Source: Patescibacteria group bacterium (lineage in GTDB: Bacteria > Patescibacteriota > Minisyncoccia > UBA6257 > 1-14-0-10-40-38). From it: 64,000 nt of DNA. The translations under genes and the position numbers were made by a program. The stretch's first letter is position 1; every line of letters begins with the position of its first letter. Positions 58,465-64,000 of the stretch are shown here, piece by piece. The notes under the pieces are model-generated. The model worked only from the letters and a program-made list of their open reading frames with translations. It searched no databases and was not told where the DNA came from. The stretch spans positions 59,026-123,025 of the forward strand of contig JBBTRX010000007.1 in NCBI GenBank assembly GCA_038064975.1. Reading direction: 5' to 3'.

Positions 58465-60183
58465 CTATTCTCGAATAACTCGAAGCACTTCTTCCAGAGT
58501 CGTCATGCCGCGCTCTGCTTTTTTTAGTCCGTCTTCAAACATTGAAATATATCCTGATGCTCGGGCAATTTCTTTCATCTTATCAAGGGTAAATTGCGTT
58601 CCAACGATGTATTTACGCACATCTTCAGTAACATTCAGAATTTCATGAATACCCATACGGCCGCGGTATCCGGAATGATTACATGAATTACATCCTTGCC
58701 CTCTAAACATTGTTTTTGGAATGATATAGGACACATCAAGCTTTAATTCCTTTAACTGCCTCTTTAATGATTCTTCAATATCGGGCGATATTTTATAGGA
58801 CGTAATGCACGACATGCAAATTCTGCGTACAAGACGCTGTGCCATGATCATATTCAAAACTGCCGCAACCAAAAACGGAGCGATGTGTAAGTCAATTAAA
58901 CGCGGGATGGTCGTCGGAGCGTCGTTTGTGTGGAGCGTTGAAAGCACTAAGTGTCCGGTAAGCGCCGAGTGTACGGAGATTTCTGCTGTTTCTTCATCTC
59001 TAATTTCTCCCACCATGATGACGTTTGGATCTTGGCGAAGAATTGCGCGAAGTCCATTAGCAAAAGTAATACCTGCTTGCACATTAACTTGAGTCTGATT
59101 TACATATTTCATGTAATATTCAACCGGGTCTTCAACAGTAACAATATTTACCTCAGGTCGGTTCAGTGCATTTAAAATAGAATAAAGCGTAGTCGTTTTT
59201 CCTGAGCCTGTCGGGCCGGTTACCAAAATCATGCCGAAGGTTTTTTTCGCATTGTCTCGAATGAGTGCAATATTTTCTTGCGAAATACCAAGCTCTTCAA
59301 AAGACATTGGGCGTTCGCTTGCCGATAGCAAGCGCATTTCTACCTTTTCCCCATAAAATGTCGGCATTACAGAAACACGAAGGTCGATCATGTCGTGTCC
59401 CACCCGATGGCGAAACCGGCCGTCCTGCGGCTTATAGTGTTCGTCTAATTTCATTCCAGAGAGTAATTTAAAACGTGCTGCGATAGCCGCGTGCACTTCC
59501 CGGGGCATGCGCATGACTTCACGCAAGATGCCGTCAATACGAAAACGAACAAGAATATCGTTTTCTAAAACCTCCAAATGCACGTCAGAGGCTCGAACCG
59601 CCATGGCGTATGAAACCAGATTGTCTGTAAGCTGAACAACAGGAAGGTCGGTAGCCGCTTCTTGTGCCTCCTTCTCACCAATACGCGCGCGCATTGATGC
59701 CTGAATGTTATCGTCAATTGTTTTTCTAAAATTCTCTGTAATCGTTTCCGCGTAAAATGTCAGTCCTCGGTTAAAATCGTCTTGTGTAGCAAGAAATGGT
59801 TTTATTTTTGATTTGAAGCGATTCGTTAAAAATTCAATCGCCACCAAATCATTCGGATCCAGCATCGCGACTTGAAGCGCACCATCCTGTTCCCTTCCGA
59901 AAAGAATTATTCCTTTTTGGCGAGCAACATCTTCAGGGAGTAATTTTAAAACATTATCATCAATTTTCCTTCCTTTTTCAAAGTTTGCAAGTTCAATACC
60001 ATAAAACCGAGCCGCAATGCCATAGTAATACTCTTCGGTAATTGCGTTCTGTTCCAAGAGAATAGAAGCAACTCCACGATTCATACGGCGAGAATCTTGT
60101 AATGCAACCTGAAATTTCTCTTCCGTAACAAGATTGTCTTGTAAAAGCAGTTTTTTAAATTCTTGTTCAGGAATCTGTAACAT
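58465..60183 (-). CDS. pilB: Type IV pilus assembly ATPase PilB/GspE
   Basis: ASDVH, GPTGSGKTT, LRQDPNVIMVGEIRD, and tetracysteine motif. Confidence 0.95.
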   Translation of the reverse strand: MLQIPEQEFKKLLLQDNLVTEEKFQVALQDSRRMNRGVASILLEQNAITEEYYYGIAARFYGIELANFEKGRKIDDNVLKLLPEDVARQKGIILFGREQDGALQVAMLDPNDLVAIEFLTNRFKSKIKPFLATQDDFNRGLTFYAETITENFRKTIDDNIQASMRARIGEKEAQEAATDLPVVQLTDNLVSYAMAVRASDVHLEVLENDILVRFRIDGILREVMRMPREVHAAIAARFKLLSGMKLDEHYKPQDGRFRHRVGHDMIDLRVSVMPTFYGEKVEMRLLSASERPMSFEELGISQENIALIRDNAKKTFGMILVTGPTGSGKTTTLYSILNALNRPEVNIVTVEDPVEYYMKYVNQTQVNVQAGITFANGLRAILRQDPNVIMVGEIRDEETAEISVHSALTGHLVLSTLHTNDAPTTIPRLIDLHIAPFLVAAVLNMIMAQRLVRRICMSCITSYKISPDIEESLKRQLKELKLDVSYIIPKTMFRGQGCNSCNHSGYRGRMGIHEILNVTEDVRKYIVGTQFTLDKMKEIARASGYISMFEDGLKKAERGMTTLEEVLRVIRE

Positions 60184-60207
60184 ATCTTAAATATCAAATC
60201 TAATATC

Positions 60208-60576
60208 TCAAATCTTCCCTTTCCCTCTCATAGTTATGATACTTGATGCTAAAATTTTTGCTATCTCTACGGTTTCCTTTAATAATTCTTCCGACTCCTT
60301 ATTATCGCATTTTTGAGCGTCTTTTATAAGATGAATCCAGAATTCTGACTCATTAGCTGATTTTAAAGCATGATTATAAAAATTGATGTAATCTTTCTTA
60401 GAACTGGCTGACTTAGCTTCAAAAATATTCGCCGCCACTGAAGTACCACTACGCAATAATTGATTAGTGAGTACTCCTGATGAGGAATCTTTTCTTATTT
60501 TTTCAACGAATATAACGATATTGAGAGCATATGTATACAATCTTTTATAAAAATCATCTTTACTAAATTCTGACAT
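60208..60576 (-). CDS. Four-helix-bundle protein (IVS-protein/Avd-like family)
   Basis: QLLRSGTSVAANIFEA..ASSKKDY...ALKSANESEFW. Confidence 0.9.
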   Translation of the reverse strand: MSEFSKDDFYKRLYTYALNIVIFVEKIRKDSSSGVLTNQLLRSGTSVAANIFEAKSASSKKDYINFYNHALKSANESEFWIHLIKDAQKCDNKESEELLKETVEIAKILASSIITMRGKGKI

Positions 60577-60634
60577 AAAAGATCATATTTTGAATTAAGC
60601 TGTAGATTTGAGATTTAAGATCCGAGATTTGCTA

Positions 60635-61216
60635 TTAGAACCTAAAACTCGCCCACCATCCTTGATTGCCCGCCCATAAAGCAACTAAAAGAGTAGTGAT
60701 TATCGCAGAAGGCATCCAGAAGTAGTAGAGCGGTAATCGTTCGTTCTTTTTTACAAGAAGCGCAGAACTAATAGCGGCAAGGAGAAGAACTAAAACTATA
60801 TAGAAAAGAAAAGCAGGATATCCGGTTATGAGAATACCAAGCGCAATAATATAAAGCTCGTCGTGTTCAAAATGGACTTGTCCGCGCTTTTTATCTAAAT
60901 ACGCCGAAACCCAAAAGAGAAGCAATGCAACGATGAATGAGACGAGGTACGTATTCCAAAAATGGAATCGGGCGTAGCTGAAAAAGTACTTCAAACCATC
61001 CACCGTACCGATCGTATATGAGAGTGGACCGCTTTGAAATGCCTGATATTGGAAATAAGATAGTATTCCTGCATAGCTAAAAAGAAGTAGAGCAGTTAAC
61101 CAAAAAATTGGTTTAATAGTTTTAAGTAAAAGCTCACGTTTTTGAAACTGTAAGAAAAAAACAATGCTCGGTATTACAATAGTGGAAACAGGAATAATAT
61201 AAGGCATCACATTCAT
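60635..61216 (-). CDS. Membrane protein, possibly a degenerate prepilin-peptidase-like fold
   Basis: Multi-TM; HFEHDE..IALG..GYP and RLPL resemble the A24 C-terminus but lack GxGD. Confidence 0.5.
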   Translation of the reverse strand: MNVMPYIIPVSTIVIPSIVFFLQFQKRELLLKTIKPIFWLTALLLFSYAGILSYFQYQAFQSGPLSYTIGTVDGLKYFFSYARFHFWNTYLVSFIVALLLFWVSAYLDKKRGQVHFEHDELYIIALGILITGYPAFLFYIVLVLLLAAISSALLVKKNERLPLYYFWMPSAIITTLLVALWAGNQGWWASFRF

Positions 61217-61303
61217 ATAGTTAAATAATATCACATTTCATAAGTGAAGGAACAAAAAAACAACCCAGCAAAGCCGGATTGTTTTTTTGTTAGAAATCAA
61301 CGA

Positions 61304-61873
61304 TTAGAGATTTAAACCTGGATCGGTTCCAATTTCATACCAGCAGGTTGCATCAACGAATGTACCAGTGCAAGTATTGTCATCTCCTCCATCGTTTTGC
61401 ATTAAGGCACGGTGTTTTTCAGATTCAAGACGAGCATTCAATTCAAACGTTTTTGCCGAATTATTACCAGCATAGGCAAAGTAATAGTTACCAGTATTTG
61501 TTGGATCAATAGGAAGTGTGGAAAGAGTAGATCCTCCAGATGTTCCGTTAAGATCTACAGCAAGCCATCCTGATCCACCAACCGTTCGTAAAACGTTAGC
61601 TAGTGGTGTTGTGCATGCACCGCCGCTAAATCCACTCACAATACCCAGGGTACAAAAAGGACCTGGTGTAAAAGTAACTGTTGTTGAAGCAGTTGCGAGT
61701 AAAAGCCCAACCGCTGACTGCACCGAACCTAAATCAGAGATTCTTTGCGTATCTCGAGATTCTTGCAAAATTTGCGCTGGGTTCAAAACCAAAACGACAG
61801 TTGTCGCGAGAATTGCAAGAATACCAATAACGATAAGAAGCTCAATAAGAGTAAAACCTTTCTTTGCTATCAT
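61304..61873 (-). CDS. Major type IV pilin candidate
   Basis: KG|FTLIELLIVIGILAILA..LNP...SRDTQRISDL, LPIDP; own terminator at about 61253-61290. Confidence 0.88.
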   Translation of the reverse strand: MIAKKGFTLIELLIVIGILAILATTVVLVLNPAQILQESRDTQRISDLGSVQSAVGLLLATASTTVTFTPGPFCTLGIVSGFSGGACTTPLANVLRTVGGSGWLAVDLNGTSGGSTLSTLPIDPTNTGNYYFAYAGNNSAKTFELNARLESEKHRALMQNDGGDDNTCTGTFVDATCWYEIGTDPGLNL

Positions 61874-62016
61874 TTTTTTAATTATGTATTAAATATATTC
61901 GACTGAATAATCACTTATTTTTCATTGTATCGACCAGCTGGTTGTCTCTAACGCTACCTTACTAGTATACAGAATTCTGGCTGTTTCGGTAGTAAAAGAG
62001 CTGTGGATAATATATC

Positions 62017-62139
62017 GCTCGCATTCTTTTCAAAAAGTTATAAGAGCTGCTCGTACACTCTTAAAAGAGCTATAAGAATGACCTTTTTAAAGAGTGTACT
62101 CGCTTAGATTACGATTAGTTTTGAAAAAAGAATACTCGC
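62017..62139. repeat. Nested hairpin element, same family as 33082-33137
   Basis: GCGAGT-stem-AGGTCATTCTTATAGC-stem-ACGAG on the minus strand, inside an outer GCGAGT...GCGAG stem. Confidence 0.7.
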
Positions 62140-62161
62140 TTCTAGTGACGTAAGTTGTTAG

Positions 62162-62539
62162 TTATTTTTTAATGTAACTCCCCACCTTATTAGCAAGATC
62201 GTCTATGGAAATACGGGCTTTTACAAAATAATCAACAACTCCCAATTCTCTCCCTCGTTCCATATCGCTTTCTTGGCCTAAATTGGAAATGACAACGACA
62301 GGAATATTTACTTTATTTTGGAGTTGCGGATCTGCTTTTAATTCTTCCAATACTTCAAAACCTGATTTTCCGGGAAGAATAAGGTCTAACAAAATGATAT
62401 CCGGAGTATTATTTCGCAACGCTTCAATTGCTTCATTGCCGTCATGCGCAACTATAATTTCATATCCGTCTTTTTCAAGACGGTTTTTCAGCAATGATGA
62501 AAGAAATTTGTCGTCCTCTACAAGAAGTACTTTAGCCAT
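62162..62539 (-). CDS. Single-domain response regulator
   Basis: VEDD, LLDLILP and YFVK. Confidence 0.92.
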   Translation of the reverse strand: MAKVLLVEDDKFLSSLLKNRLEKDGYEIIVAHDGNEAIEALRNNTPDIILLDLILPGKSGFEVLEELKADPQLQNKVNIPVVVISNLGQESDMERGRELGVVDYFVKARISIDDLANKVGSYIKK

Positions 62540-62649
62540 ATGTATTTATAATACCATAATGTGTTGTGCTCAATTATTGTTGCATGTTGAAAATTTGTAT
62601 ATGAACTCGTATTCTTAGTATTAGCACGTTCTCGCGAAGGAGGCACGAC

Positions 62650-62841
62650 GTGACGAAACGTAAGAAAGTCATCGCAAACCGACAAAACAGTCCCAAGAAG
62701 AAACGAGATCGTTCTCGAAGAACTCGCAAAGAAATTGAAGCATTTTGGAAGGGAGTTGTTGATAAATTATGCGAAGGCATTGACGAGAGTACTCGCCTTA
62801 CTGCAAAAGATTACAACATCACCATCAATTATCGGGAGTAG
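62650..62841 (+). CDS. Hypothetical basic protein
   Basis: AAGGAGG SD, GTG start, terminator downstream. Confidence 0.6.
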   Translation: MTKRKKVIANRQNSPKKKRDRSRRTRKEIEAFWKGVVDKLCEGIDESTRLTAKDYNITINYRE

Positions 62842-62847
62842 AAAACC

Positions 62848-62876
62848 AAAGAAGACCCTTGCGGGGGTCTCTTTTT
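62848..62876. terminator. Bidirectional terminator, downstream of the 16S rRNA gene
   Basis: aaagaagaccctt-gc-gggggtctcttttt. Confidence 0.75.
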
Positions 62877-63038
62877 ATTATTACCTAACTATGAGTGCTT
62901 GCCTTACAGTTGCCCCAATCTTACGCGGTCCGACAAATGCCGAACTGACGCATCGTGACTTTAAGGCTCCACGACGAACACCTTCAAATGAAAATGAATC
63001 GACACCGACTATTCTCTTTAAAAAAGAAGAATAATCAA

Positions 63039-63165
63039 AGTTTAATTGATCCACGAGCAGCTTCCGCTACCCGTGCCTTGTTACGACTTAGCCCTTGTCA
63101 CCGAACCTACCCTAATCCAGCAAGCTGAACTTTAGGTATTCCCGGCTTCCTTGACTTGACGGGCG
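63039..63165 (-). rRNA. rrs: 16S rRNA, 3' exon (helices 44-45)
   Basis: CGCCCGTCA...AAGTCGTAACAAGG, h45 stem with GGAA loop, GGATCA; exact 3' end approximate. Confidence 0.95.
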
Positions 63166-64000
63166 AATATTTTCTCAAAAACTGAGAATGAATGTTCCCA
63201 CTGCACAGACGGATTTCCCGTATGCAGCGAGCTCAATGCATCGTTTGCTTTAATGTGAGCAAGCTTTGTAAGCCTGAGTCGGTAAGATGTTCCCCTTCTT
63301 TGATTGCATCCATAATTTCGCAGAAAACTTTGAAATCATGCCTCTTAGATGGAAAACGTAACGGATATTTCTTGAAAAACGGAATAATAATGTTTTCCAA
63401 GTCTTTCCGATTAGCGACTTCAAACCGGTAGCAATGCTGGTGATTTTTTCTACTATCTTTCTGGAAATATACATTTCCACACTGGAAAAAATCTTTTACA
63501 GCATCAAGGACTGTCTTGTCTTTTTCTACCAGCTTGATATAGAACCGTGGTTCTATTCTTGCTCGCCTGATTCGTTCCGTAGATTCATTGATATTGCGAA
63601 CATACGCAGTAAAGCTTCCTTCGCCATCAACTAATCCAACGATATAATCAGGATTAAACATTGTATTGAGTGAGGGCCTTCTTCCGACCTTATATCGGAA
63701 TACTATGCCTCAGCTGACTTCTGACGCTGCGTTAGTTTTTATGATACCACGGCATCTTGCCATGGACAGCCATCAGATCTCCACAGGTCACGTAATATAC
63801 TATTCCAAACATCCGAGACGAACCTTTTCCCGTGATCTTCCTTATCCTCACCGCCCACTGATAAGTCGATCGATTCTCCGCGTGTTGCGGATACGTCTTG
63901 GCTGTTTTTTGCCGACAGATCCTCCATCTCGCCCCTTCACAGAGGCGGACTATCTTTGGCTACGCTCCGACTAGACTTCATCGGAGGAGTGGATTCAAAC
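63166..64000 (-). mobile_element. Group II (IIC-like) intron in 16S rRNA near E. coli position 1399 (5' part outside the window)
   Basis: Domain V CGCUGCAU-ACGG-GAAAU-CCGU-CU-GUGCAGUG at 63199-63229; DIII-like GAAGUCAGCUGAGGCAUAGUA...GAAGGCC at about 63675-63721. Confidence 0.8.
63233..63661 (-). CDS. Single-motif LAGLIDADG homing endonuclease (intron-encoded)
   Basis: YIVGLVDGEGSF...FFQCGNVY...IIPFFKKYPL..KRHDF. Confidence 0.93.
   Translation of the reverse strand: MFNPDYIVGLVDGEGSFTAYVRNINESTERIRRARIEPRFYIKLVEKDKTVLDAVKDFFQCGNVYFQKDSRKNHQHCYRFEVANRKDLENIIIPFFKKYPLRFPSKRHDFKVFCEIMDAIKEGEHLTDSGLQSLLTLKQTMH

Noticed and set aside
58067-60576. Diversity-generating retroelement (Avd-like genes near pilins)
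   Set aside because: No reverse transcriptase and no template/variable repeat pair differing at adenines was seen in the window
63666-63974. ORFs of 102 aa (+) and 62 aa (-) upstream of the LAGLIDADG gene
   Set aside because: They overlap intron structural domains and show no protein motifs

Overview
This window looks like a Patescibacteria (CPR, probably Parcubacteria-type) chromosome segment; the taxonomy is inferred from gene content and intron-bearing RNA genes. It holds a tRNA-Asn(GTT) split by a group I intron carrying an HNH ORF, cell-envelope hydrolases, and a run of monocistronic orphan cassettes. Further along are a two-component signalling cluster with a freshly duplicated PAS domain and an exopolysaccharide operon (nucleotide-sugar dehydrogenase, hyaluronan-synthase/NodC-like GT2, two deacetylases, and proteins with a thrice-repeated unknown domain). 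Housekeeping genes follow (obgE, eno, pgi, nth, tgt, ftsA/Z, rpsU, hisS, lepB, pth), then a type IV pilus operon and the 3' end of an unlinked 16S rRNA gene interrupted by a group IIC-like intron encoding a LAGLIDADG endonuclease. Two unexplained patterns stand out. (1) Four-helix-bundle genes are each enclosed by their own pair of inverted heptamer arrays, and the same heptamer families recur at empty sites. (2) The 16S rRNA has no anti-Shine-Dalgarno, and genes fall into three initiation classes: leaderless, a recurrent AAAGGTCGA leader motif, and orphan cassettes with strong SD sequences. All calls come from reading the sequence by eye; no searches were run.
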